Assembly: GCA_050011565.1 (NCBI GenBank)
Contig: JBEKIW010000003.1
Coordinates: forward strand, 160,001 to 224,000
Length of the DNA stretch: 64,000 nt
Reading direction: 5' to 3'
DNA from: Dehalococcoidia bacterium
Lineage (GTDB): Bacteria; Chloroflexota; Dehalococcoidia; GIF9; UBA5629
Below are positions 51,436-59,192 of the stretch, one piece after another. The notes beneath the pieces are model-generated. The model did not search any database and had not been told where the DNA came from. It saw only the letters and a list, made by a program, of their open reading frames with translations. The position numbers and the translations under genes are program-made. Every line of letters begins with the position of its first letter. Positions within the stretch are counted from its first letter, which is position 1.

Positions 51436-53244
51436 TTATGCTGGGAACTTGTATTTGTAGACAATCGTGTCTCCTGCCTGGGGGTAGACGATATAGCCGT
51501 CCAGGCCGAAGAAGTAGATTACATCTGGCACCAGGTTAAGAAGCCTTTTGAGCACGCCGGCTGCCGACTCGCCGGCACCGACTTCGAGCCTGGGGTACAA
51601 ACTGGTAATCAAGCTACTCCGGGACTTATAATCCAGCGTGCCCCCTATCGCCTGTACTACCTTTTCCATTAACTGGTAGCAGGTTAAATCATCGGAGCTA
51701 ATATTCCACTCCGCGGGCTTGTTGAACTGGTAACAAGAAAGCAACCCCCAGGCGTCCACACAGTGAATGATAAAGCTGGCAACATTGGGGTCTCTTTTGT
51801 ACTCCATAGCCTCTACGAAATACCTGGCTGCCTCTGAGAGCTGGTCACCTGAGGTAGTCTTATAACCGACAAAAAGATTAACCCGGGCGCCGCGCTTCAT
51901 AACGGCCAATGAACCTGAGCCCGGGCTGTTATAAGTGCCCCTGGAATTATCCAGCTCCACCACCAGCTCAGAGGGCTGGCTAGGATCTACCGCCTCAATT
52001 ATCCTGGCTATTTTGGAGACCGGGATGGTAATTTTGTCGCCGGCGCCACTTCCTGGGGTGGGGGGACTCCAGGCGCCAGGGCAAAGGGCGCGCCAGACCT
52101 CGGTCGGCTGCGTTGCCCAGATGTATTCTCCGTTGGGGTCGGCGGCTAAAGCCATGCCTCGAGAAGCTAAAGTATCAACGAAGCTGGCTTTATTCCAGTT
52201 GTAGTCGTAGAAATCCGTGCCCGGCTTAAGCCTGAATATCCAGGGCTGATTTTGGCGGGCTAGAGATAATAGGGGGCGTGAGCAAGATGTAGCCGGCTTT
52301 AACAGGTAGGGACCTGAGACATCCAGCGTCTCACCGGCCAGGGCTTCAACTACCGCCTGATGCCTCTCCCAGTACGTGGAAGCAGTCCGTGGCTCCCAGG
52401 GACCGAAGGGCTGCAACCTGCGAAAGCCTACAGGCCAGCCGACCTCGAACTGCCTTAACCTCACCTGGGCGGCAACATCTACCCTGGCCCTGCCTAAACC
52501 TATTTTGGCATCCGTGGCCCAGGTGCCGGCTGAAACCTTATAGCCGTCTCCGTAAACCATGCGGACCACAGAAATATAGCTGCCTTCCTGGACCAGGGCG
52601 ATGATGTTCCAGTCGCCATCATAGTACATGGCTAAATCTTCAATCTCCCGGTCTCCCGAGCGCTGGCCGAGGCCGGTGCTCCAGCTCCCCCCTGTCCTCT
52701 TTTGAATATACAGACTGGTGGGGTCATTGATATCAGAAGCGTGGACGATAGCACAATCGCCATTGGGCTTGTAGGCTATGGCGGCACCTCTTTCGCAGGG
52801 GCGGGCATTCATCATAGCCGTCCAGCTCCCCCAGGTGGCACCGTAGTCCGATGACTGCCGGCGATAGAGATTAGCGGCATCCATGGAGGCCACCATGACC
52901 TCTGCGCCTTGAGAGGCAATGGCGACCCTGGCATAGGCAGGGACACCGCCGAAGGAGCTACCCCACTGGGAAAAACCTGAGCTCGGGCCCGGGCTGGTGA
53001 CACGGGAGAGAAAGAGACTGGTGCCATCTTTGCGGACCCGAATCAATGAGCCGTCACCGGGAATGGTCAAACCGTGGGAATCATTGACCTCACCTCCCTG
53101 ATAAAAGCGCTGCCAGCCCAAGGCTTCCCACTGAAGGCTCGAGGACTGCTGGGGATGGCCGTAAGCCTGCACCTCGAGCTTGACCAGCGGCTTCCTGGTG
53201 GGCTTCCTCTGTTCTTCGAGCAGCGCGTCAGTTATGCTTCGCAT
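51436..53244 (-). CDS. Phage tail/baseplate-like protein (602 aa; true start MRSITDALL)
   Basis: AAGGA RBS before ATG 53244; upstream part of the 941-aa ORF is the IS antisense strand. Confidence 0.6.
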   Translation of the reverse strand: MRSITDALLEEQRKPTRKPLVKLEVQAYGHPQQSSSLQWEALGWQRFYQGGEVNDSHGLTIPGDGSLIRVRKDGTSLFLSRVTSPGPSSGFSQWGSSFGGVPAYARVAIASQGAEVMVASMDAANLYRRQSSDYGATWGSWTAMMNARPCERGAAIAYKPNGDCAIVHASDINDPTSLYIQKRTGGSWSTGLGQRSGDREIEDLAMYYDGDWNIIALVQEGSYISVVRMVYGDGYKVSAGTWATDAKIGLGRARVDVAAQVRLRQFEVGWPVGFRRLQPFGPWEPRTASTYWERHQAVVEALAGETLDVSGPYLLKPATSCSRPLLSLARQNQPWIFRLKPGTDFYDYNWNKASFVDTLASRGMALAADPNGEYIWATQPTEVWRALCPGAWSPPTPGSGAGDKITIPVSKIARIIEAVDPSQPSELVVELDNSRGTYNSPGSGSLAVMKRGARVNLFVGYKTTSGDQLSEAARYFVEAMEYKRDPNVASFIIHCVDAWGLLSCYQFNKPAEWNISSDDLTCYQLMEKVVQAIGGTLDYKSRSSLITSLYPRLEVGAGESAAGVLKRLLNLVPDVIYFFGLDGYIVYPQAGDTIVYKYKFPA

Positions 53245-53311
53245 GATAAAATCCTTAGGGTAGATTGGAGCAGACGCTCCGGGGTACCCCTTTATTAAAG
53301 GTAAGTATCCC

Positions 53312-53340
53312 TTGACAATATAAGCTCCTTGTGTTATGAT
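53312..53340 (+). promoter_or_regulatory. Sigma70-type transposase promoter inside the left IR
   Basis: TTGACA-17-TATGAT with extended TG. Confidence 0.75.
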
Positions 53341-53364
53341 GGTATTATAACAAGGAGAAAAGAA

Positions 53365-54321
53365 ATGACAGCCGTAAATAGAACTAACCCAATAAAGGCA
53401 AAATCTTCTGACTCTCAATATACACTCGTAGAGTTTATGGAGACATTCCCAACCGATGCCGCTTGTCTCGAATGGCTTTGGAAACGACGCTTTTCGAAAG
53501 ATGGCGAACATGCCCATTGCCCGAAGTGCAATAAGGTACGCTCTTTTAAGCGGTATCAATCGCATCAACTGAAAGTCTCTTGGACTTGCGTCGCTTGTGG
53601 TTATCATATTCACCCGTTGGCTAGAACTATCTTCGAGAAGTCCTCTACTTCCCTGCGATTGTGGTTCTATGCCATGTACCTGATGGTGAGCACTAAATGC
53701 GGTATTTCCGCCAAACAACTGGAGCGAGAACTTGGGGTTACATACAAAACAGCTTGGCGTATGGCCTATTTGATAAGGAAATACCTTATGGAACAAACAG
53801 GCGAATTGCTTGGCAGGAATGAGGGTGTTGAACTGGACGAGACATTTATTGGCGGGAAAGCCCATAATATGCACAAGGCCAAACGTGCCCGTCTTGGCGG
53901 ACGTGGAACTGCCGGTAAGGTTCCTGTATTTGGTGCAGTCGAACGGCATGGTAGAGTTGTGGCAGTCACTGTCCCTAACGTAGATAGAGTTACACTCCTG
54001 CCACAAGTCATAAGGCATGTTATTCCAGCGTCCACCGTTTATACCGACGAAATGGGTGCTTATGACCCGCTGACCGAGAATGGATATAACCATAAAAAAA
54101 TCAACCACATGGAAAAAGTCTATGTGAGCGGGGATGTCCATACAAACACAATTGAGGGCTTCTGGTCGCTCGTAAAGCGAGGCATTGGGGGTGTCTATCA
54201 CGCAGTGTCCGCTAAACATCTTCAAGGCTACCTGAATGAATATGCTTGGCGGTATAATCACCGCGACGATGAGAGGGCGCAGTTTGAGACGTTACTTCTT
54301 CGGGCGGCGGCTGGGAGCTAG
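53365..54321 (+). CDS. IS1595-family DDE transposase
   Basis: Zn ribbon CPKC...CVAC, HTH GISAKQLERELGVTYKTAW, VELDETF, YTDE, HTNTIEGFW, YLNEYAWRYN. Confidence 0.95.
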   Translation: MTAVNRTNPIKAKSSDSQYTLVEFMETFPTDAACLEWLWKRRFSKDGEHAHCPKCNKVRSFKRYQSHQLKVSWTCVACGYHIHPLARTIFEKSSTSLRLWFYAMYLMVSTKCGISAKQLERELGVTYKTAWRMAYLIRKYLMEQTGELLGRNEGVELDETFIGGKAHNMHKAKRARLGGRGTAGKVPVFGAVERHGRVVAVTVPNVDRVTLLPQVIRHVIPASTVYTDEMGAYDPLTENGYNHKKINHMEKVYVSGDVHTNTIEGFWSLVKRGIGGVYHAVSAKHLQGYLNEYAWRYNHRDDERAQFETLLLRAAAGS

Positions 54322-54420
54322 TGGTTTGATTGGCTTTGCCGCCTTTTCGAGTACGTCTAACACGTCCTTGCGTTTCGGGATTGGTATCTCGAAATCTTTC
54401 GGGGTTTTTTGTGTCTTCAT
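54292..54420 (-). CDS. Small basic 42-aa ORF overlapping the transposase 3' end
   Basis: GGAAGG RBS, upstream TATACT; MKTQKTPKDFEIPIPKRKDVLDVLEKAAK. Confidence 0.5.
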   Translation of the reverse strand: MKTQKTPKDFEIPIPKRKDVLDVLEKAAKPIKPLAPSRRPKK

Positions 54421-54454
54421 TTTCTTGCCTTCCATAGTTAGAGTATAGCATATC

Positions 54455-55318
54455 ATGAACGACTGGTGGCTCAAGTTCCAACGGGCTGAGAAGCACATGG
54501 TAGACATCAATCAAGAAGCCATGAGGTACGCAAGCAGCAATCCTTACAGTTTTACTCGTATTCGGTTGCCTAACAGCAAGAATGAAATCAGGGGACGCTT
54601 CCATATCACTGAGCAACCTAATCCCATGATTGCTGTTATGCTCGGTGATTTCATACATAACTTGCGAAGTGCACTTGATTACATCGTTGTTGCCTGTGTT
54701 CCCAAACAACATCGGAAGCACGCGAGTTTCCCAATCCTGTATCAAGACATCTTCGCCAAGGGTAAGGACGGACAATTCGTGGTCAATGATGCCCAATTGC
54801 GGGATAACTTTGAGACCGCCACCAAAGGGCTTCATCCGAGAGCTAAAGCATTCATCATATCTCTGCAACCTTATCAAGCGGTGATTCTTGGGCTTCCGCC
54901 AGATAATTCTCTCGGAGTTCTCAACCGCCTCGAAAACGCAGACAAGCACCGTCAACTTATTACCGTTGGTTGTGGCGGGCAAGAAGGTATTCTTAGTTTT
55001 ACTGTACGTGGTTTCACTGAATCTATTACATATCACCAAAGGTTGGGCGTCGGTACTCAATTTCTCAAAGATGATACAGTAATCCCGTTCGTTCTTCATC
55101 CTGATTTCAATAGAATTCGCCATCCCGATGGGTCGTTTGTCCAGCCATCCGATATGGAGATGCATCTCAGCACTACCGCTAAGATATTGGTCAAGGTACC
55201 CAGGATAGGAGGGAATCAGTCTGCCTATAACATGTTGATTGATGACATCATATCTACCTCCCTCTTTGACGTGAACGGCATTCTCAAGCGATTGGAATTC
55301 TTTGTTTGCAATACCTAA
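54455..55318 (+). CDS. IS passenger protein, putative HEPN-like
   Basis: GDFIHNLRSALDY and LNRLENADKHR motifs. Confidence 0.6.
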   Translation: MNDWWLKFQRAEKHMVDINQEAMRYASSNPYSFTRIRLPNSKNEIRGRFHITEQPNPMIAVMLGDFIHNLRSALDYIVVACVPKQHRKHASFPILYQDIFAKGKDGQFVVNDAQLRDNFETATKGLHPRAKAFIISLQPYQAVILGLPPDNSLGVLNRLENADKHRQLITVGCGGQEGILSFTVRGFTESITYHQRLGVGTQFLKDDTVIPFVLHPDFNRIRHPDGSFVQPSDMEMHLSTTAKILVKVPRIGGNQSAYNMLIDDIISTSLFDVNGILKRLEFFVCNT

Positions 55319-55373
55319 TCGTTTATTCAATTTTCCCCCTTTATATCGAGATGGGATAGGTACCTTTATTAAA

Positions 55374-55427
55374 TGTAGCCTCGACCTTTCAAGGTCGAGG
55401 TCGCGGGGTTAAAACCCCGCGGCTGCA
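55374..55427. repeat. GTAG-type REP-like doublet
   Basis: TGTAGCCTCGACCTT..AAGGTCGAGG plus CGCGGGGTT..AACCCCGCG; relatives at 56744, 59089, 63167. Confidence 0.7.
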
Positions 55428-55492
55428 TGCTTAACAAACTCTCCGCTATTCGCAGGCTGGACGTCGCATAAGAAATTTTTCTAAATTTTTTC

Positions 55493-55541
55493 AAAATAGT
55501 ACTATTTTCCCCTTGAAATTGGCCTGGCTTACTGTTATTAT
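55493..55541 (+). promoter_or_regulatory. 16-bp palindrome plus sigma70 promoter of the small TM gene
   Basis: AAAATAGTACTATTTT; TTGAAA-17-TATTAT with TG. Confidence 0.6.
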
Positions 55542-55570
55542 TCGTATACTCCTTGTGGGGGAGGAGTAAG

Positions 55571-55696
55571 ATGCTTAATAGAAATCTGATAATGGGCCTC
55601 ATTACCCTCGGAGTCTTGCTGGTGATATTGGTATATATAGCCATTACGCCATCCCCCTTTGGTAATTTACCTTCGATCATAATCCCGCAAGGCTAA
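55571..55696 (+). CDS. 41-aa single-TM small protein (moron-like); absent from the ORF track
   Basis: GAGGAG RBS; MLNRNLIMGLITLGVLLVILVYIAITPSPFGNLPSIIIPQG. Confidence 0.6.
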   Translation: MLNRNLIMGLITLGVLLVILVYIAITPSPFGNLPSIIIPQG

Positions 55697-55789
55697 AGCC
55701 CCATCTACACACCTGCTGCGGGAGCACTTGCTCCCGGCTATCCCCATCAGTCTCTATTAATTTCAATCGGTCTCCATCAATCTCTAACA

Positions 55790-56512
55790 TCAATTGAAAC
55801 TATTCGATAGCAGCTGCCCTGCCAGAGTTCCCACTCCATACAGCGTCCTGTTGAACGGCGCCAGCCTGGACTGCCAGTCGATTTTGGAACCGGCCAGCTC
55901 AGACAGGCTGTTGGCAGCCCTGACGGTAGTGTTGAAGTCCCGGTTAAAGACATAGTACTCGGGACTGCGGCCGCACTCTCCTTTCTTTTTCTCGGTCTGC
56001 TCCTTAATCCAGTCCTTGGCATCTACCGCCAGGTCGACCAGGTAATTCCAGTAGTCCACGGCCTGTGAGATGTGCTGGCAATCCGTCACCGAGCCTTTAT
56101 CCCGCGCCTTATAGAATATGGTGCACGGGTTCACCTCGGTATAGGTCTCCTTGACGGTAGCCATAACGCTCTCGTGGAACGCCTTGGGGTCAAAGGCGTG
56201 AATTCCAAGAGTTACTTGAGTTCCTTGAGTTTCTGGTGTTCCTTGAGTTTCTTGAGCTAAAGGGGCCGGCGCGCCGTTAGAAACAGTAGCCACCTGTGCC
56301 TCGGCGGTTTTGGTTTTCTCCTTCTCGGCGTCAATTTTGCCCTGAGTCAGTATATAGAAGACTCCGGCTGCGGCTGCTGCCAGGGATGGGACCATGTCCA
56401 TAAAGGTCTTCTGCGCCTCCGGCTCCTGGACGAAAAGCGGTATGATTGTGGCCAGCATAGTAATAATGAAGGCGCTGTACTTCTTTTTGCCATCTAAAAA
56501 CTTTTGTATCAT
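55790..56512 (-). CDS. Phage-associated protein with holin-like two-TM N-terminus
   Basis: LDGKKKY followed by two hydrophobic segments; AAGGAGG RBS. Confidence 0.55.
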   Translation of the reverse strand: MIQKFLDGKKKYSAFIITMLATIIPLFVQEPEAQKTFMDMVPSLAAAAAGVFYILTQGKIDAEKEKTKTAEAQVATVSNGAPAPLAQETQGTPETQGTQVTLGIHAFDPKAFHESVMATVKETYTEVNPCTIFYKARDKGSVTDCQHISQAVDYWNYLVDLAVDAKDWIKEQTEKKKGECGRSPEYYVFNRDFNTTVRAANSLSELAGSKIDWQSRLAPFNRTLYGVGTLAGQLLSNSFN

Positions 56513-56526
56513 TAATAATGTACCTC

Positions 56527-56775
56527 CTTTTATTTGGTTGCTGGGGGATGGGCATGAGCTCTGCTCATCCCTTTTTGTTTGGTTGTTGCGGGTGGGGTAT
56601 GAGCTTTAGCTCATCCCTTCATTTATTTATTATGATTACAGGATATTCCCTGTGGGTAGATTGGAGCATCCGCTCCAGGCATACCCTTTTTATTAAATGT
56701 CGCCTTTGTCTGCCGTTATATGTAGCCTTTGTCTGCCGTTATATGTAGCCTCGACCTTAAAAGGTCGAGGCTACA
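56527..56775. repeat. Cluster of tandem and palindromic repeats
   Basis: Two ATGAGC..GCTCAT units, a GGAGC..GCTCC hairpin, a 23-bp tandem, and a palindrome with perfect 15-bp arms at 56744-56775. Confidence 0.7.
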
Positions 56776-57046
56776 CATGGTGCCTACTTTTCGTGTTCCG
56801 TAAGGCTCGCTGTACCGTCCTCCGGCTGACTCCGAAAAGCCCGGCTATTTCCTTGACGCTTTTACCCATCCGCCTCAAGTCCTCCATTCGCCTCTTCCGC
56901 GCCGCCATCCTCAACCGCTGCTGACCCCGGGGTTCGTCCTCAACACATTTGGGCAGCGGACAATTCAAACACGACGGAAAGAACTCGCAGCCCTGGTCCC
57001 GCCACTCAACCTCATCAGGCAATAAATCAAGTTCGCCGCCAATCAT
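56771..57046 (-). CDS. Cys-cluster (C-x4-C-x2-C-x4-C) + HTH regulator
   Basis: GCEFFPSCLNCPLPKC; GKSVKEIAGLFGVSRRTVQRAL. Confidence 0.8.
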   Translation of the reverse strand: MIGGELDLLPDEVEWRDQGCEFFPSCLNCPLPKCVEDEPRGQQRLRMAARKRRMEDLRRMGKSVKEIAGLFGVSRRTVQRALRNTKSRHHV

Positions 57047-57055
57047 GATGACCCT

Positions 57056-57084
57056 ATACTAGCACTAATGTTCTATTTTCTCAA
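57056..57084 (-). promoter_or_regulatory. Promoter with a LexA (SOS) box-like operator
   Basis: TTGAGA-17-TAGTAT; TAGAACATTAGTGCTA (GAAC-N4-GTTC, one mismatch) spans the spacer and the start of the -10. Confidence 0.62.
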
Positions 57085-57172
57085 GATAATTTTGTCGCTT
57101 TTTCACCCTCACCACGACCCTCTCCCATCAAGGGATAGGGAGATTACAAACAGTTCAGGCGTGGCTTCGGAC

Positions 57173-57203
57173 TTGACAAGGCTCAGGCGAGGGGGTATAA
57201 GAT
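57173..57203 (+). promoter_or_regulatory. Promoter of the candidate selenoprotein gene (near-leaderless)
   Basis: TTGACA-17-TATAAG, 9 nt before GTG 57211. Confidence 0.5.
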
Positions 57204-57210
57204 TTATACC

Positions 57211-58560
57211 GTGAAATTTCTGGGTTATGCCGGTCTGATTCTTCTACTGACGTTATCCCTGGTGCCTGGCGCCGTCAAAGCCGACGGCTGAGCCGGGGGT
57301 TCCTGTGCCTCCACAGTTAGTGGAGCAGAAGGCAACACGGGTAAGGTCGGCTCTACGGCAACTATAAGCATAAATGGCGGCGGGTTCGATTTAAACGGGC
57401 CTTACAAAGTCAGGTGGAGCAAAGTCCCTATCGGGGATAACAGCGTTGAATGTACTGATGAGGTTTTACCCTCGTGTTACACCGTAGTAGGTAAGGGTGA
57501 GTTTCCTATCGACACGAAAAATGCAACGGTCTCTTTTACCATACCTGAAGCCACTTACGGTCCCAACTTCGTCCAGTTCCTGAGAGACTATCGCCCCGGA
57601 AACCCTTACGGCTTCTCCTTTTCCGTAGTGCCAGACCTCACCGTGACCTCATCGACATGCACGCCCCACTCTACCGTCACCATCAAGGGCACCGGCTTCC
57701 CGGCCAAGAGTCAAGACATCAAGGTCAGCTTCGATGGCAAAGATACCGGTCTGAGCATCCTTACCAGCGAACTGGGCAGCTTTACCGGCGATTTCACCAT
57801 ACCCGAGACCATGGCCGGCAGCCACCAGTTCAAAGCTACCGATGAGAACCTGTTCCTGGGAGATCTTACGGCTAACCTTCAGGTCGGCCCGACCATCAGC
57901 CTTCAACCGGAGCATCCCGAGATCGGCTCCGAGGTCACCTTGACCGGCTGTGGGTTCTCCGCCAGGAGCACGGTAGCTATTAAGTACGATGATATCGCCG
58001 TATCGAACTCTCCGGTTACTGACGACAACGGCAACTTCACCGAGAAATTCACCGTACCGGAAAGCTCCACGGGCAATCACGTCATCACCGCTACCGATAG
58101 GGCGGGCAATGTCGCCACCTACGGGCTGCCCCTGAAAGGCGGCCTGGAAGGCACAGCGCCGTCGGTACCGACTCCCACCTCACCGGTAGATGAAAGGTAC
58201 GGCTGGTTCGGCTCCCAGCCTGTCATCTTCACCTGGACTGATTGCACCGACCCCAGCGGCATCACCTATACCCTGGAGGTAGATAACAGCCTTCGCTTCT
58301 TTCCGCTGGAACCGGGCATGAGAAAGACAGGACTGACCAAGCCCAACTGCGTCATGAATCTCGAGCCTGGCACCTATTACTGGCGGGTCAAAGCCGTCGA
58401 CGGTGCCGGCAACGAAAGCGAATGGTCGCTCTCTCCATACCCCTTCCAGGTGGGATTTTTCTCCGGCCTGTATCTGGCCGGCGGCGCCGTCATCTTCCTT
58501 ATCATCTTCATCTTCATCATCCGTGCCTTCTTCCGTCGCGTCCGTGAATACTACAAGTAA
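57211..58560 (+). CDS. Secreted, C-terminally anchored Ig/IPT-FN3-like protein with in-frame TGA at codon 27 (candidate selenoprotein, 449 aa)
   Basis: Signal peptide MKFLGYAGLILLLTLSLVPGAVKA, TGA 57289-57291, then an open frame continuous with ORF 57628-58560. Confidence 0.7.
57302..57328 (+). other. Bacterial SECIS-like hairpin
   Basis: CTCCAC-AGTTA-GTGGAG stem-loop; loop begins 23 nt after TGA, G at loop position 2. Confidence 0.55.
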
Positions 58561-58586
58561 ACACCTCCTAATCCTGAGCCACCACC

Positions 58587-58750
58587 AAATAGCAAATTCT
58601 AAATGCTAAATCTCAAACAATATCAAAATTCAAATTGGCCAAACCCGAAATTTTTCGAGTTTCGGTCATTAATATTTGGTGCTTTGGATTTGTTTGGGAT
58701 TCGGTGCTTGGAAATTATTTGAAATTTAGTGCTTTGGATTTGAAATTTTA
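58587..58750. repeat. Imperfect inverted array of A-rich/T-rich heptamer-like repeats
   Basis: aaattctaaatgctaaatctcaaacaa ... tttggatttgtttgggatt...tttagtgctttggatttgaaattt. Confidence 0.6.
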
Positions 58751-58789
58751 CACTTGGGGGGTCTTGACAGCCGTGGTACAATAGTACTA

Positions 58790-59192
58790 AGGCAAGGGAT
58801 AACCCTTGTGCTTTGGACTATCTATATGGAAAGGAGGTGATGAGATTGGCAGGAGGCCGAAGCTGGCAGACACCGGCTGAAGCAAGCGAAGTAGTGTCCT
58901 GACTCCGGGACATAAAGCCAAACCCAGAAAAATTTGCTGGGTTATGTGTGGAGTAGCCCGTACAGGCGGGCTGTAAAAATACCTTCAAAAAGTTAATACT
59001 TTCCCCGAAAGGGGTCCCTAAAACCGGAGGCGGGGGTCGAATTTCCGCCGAAGGTCTCCGAAACAAATCCCGTACATGATTTTCTTTATGTAGCCCTGAG
59101 GCTTCAGCCTCGGGTGCACCCGACCTTAAAAGGTCGGGGCTACATTGGGAAAGAGAATAAGTTTTCGGAGTTTAGAAATATTAGGAGGTATA
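58790..59192 (+). promoter_or_regulatory. Long structured 5' leader of the S-layer-like gene, with upstream SD/uORF
   Basis: At least five hairpins including CCCC-GAAA-GGGG; AAGGAGGTGA at 58831-58840; TTG uORF 58846-58902. Confidence 0.5.

Larger units (their letters stand above)
53300..55364 (+). mobile_element. IS1595-family transporter IS (2065 bp) with a passenger gene
   Basis: Imperfect terminal IRs GGTAAGTATCCCTTGACAATATAA / GGTACCTATCCCATCTCGATATAA (18/24); TTTATTAAA direct repeats at 53291-53299 and 55365-55373. Confidence 0.9.

Noticed and set aside
51436-54261. 941-aa ORF as one native phage protein
   Set aside because: Its first ~340 codons are mostly the antisense of the IS1595 transposase and IR; the native gene starts at 53244 with its own RBS. 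The antisense openness is reported as a finding.
55369-55680. 103-aa minus-strand ORF
   Set aside because: It is antisense to the better-supported 41-aa gene and its promoter, and ends in REP sequence.
56527-56775. Possible CRISPR array
   Set aside because: Only two copies per unit, no unique spacers of regular length and no cas genes.
49594-57046. Diversity-generating retroelement acting on the tail-like genes
   Set aside because: No reverse transcriptase and no TR/VR pair differing at adenines was seen.
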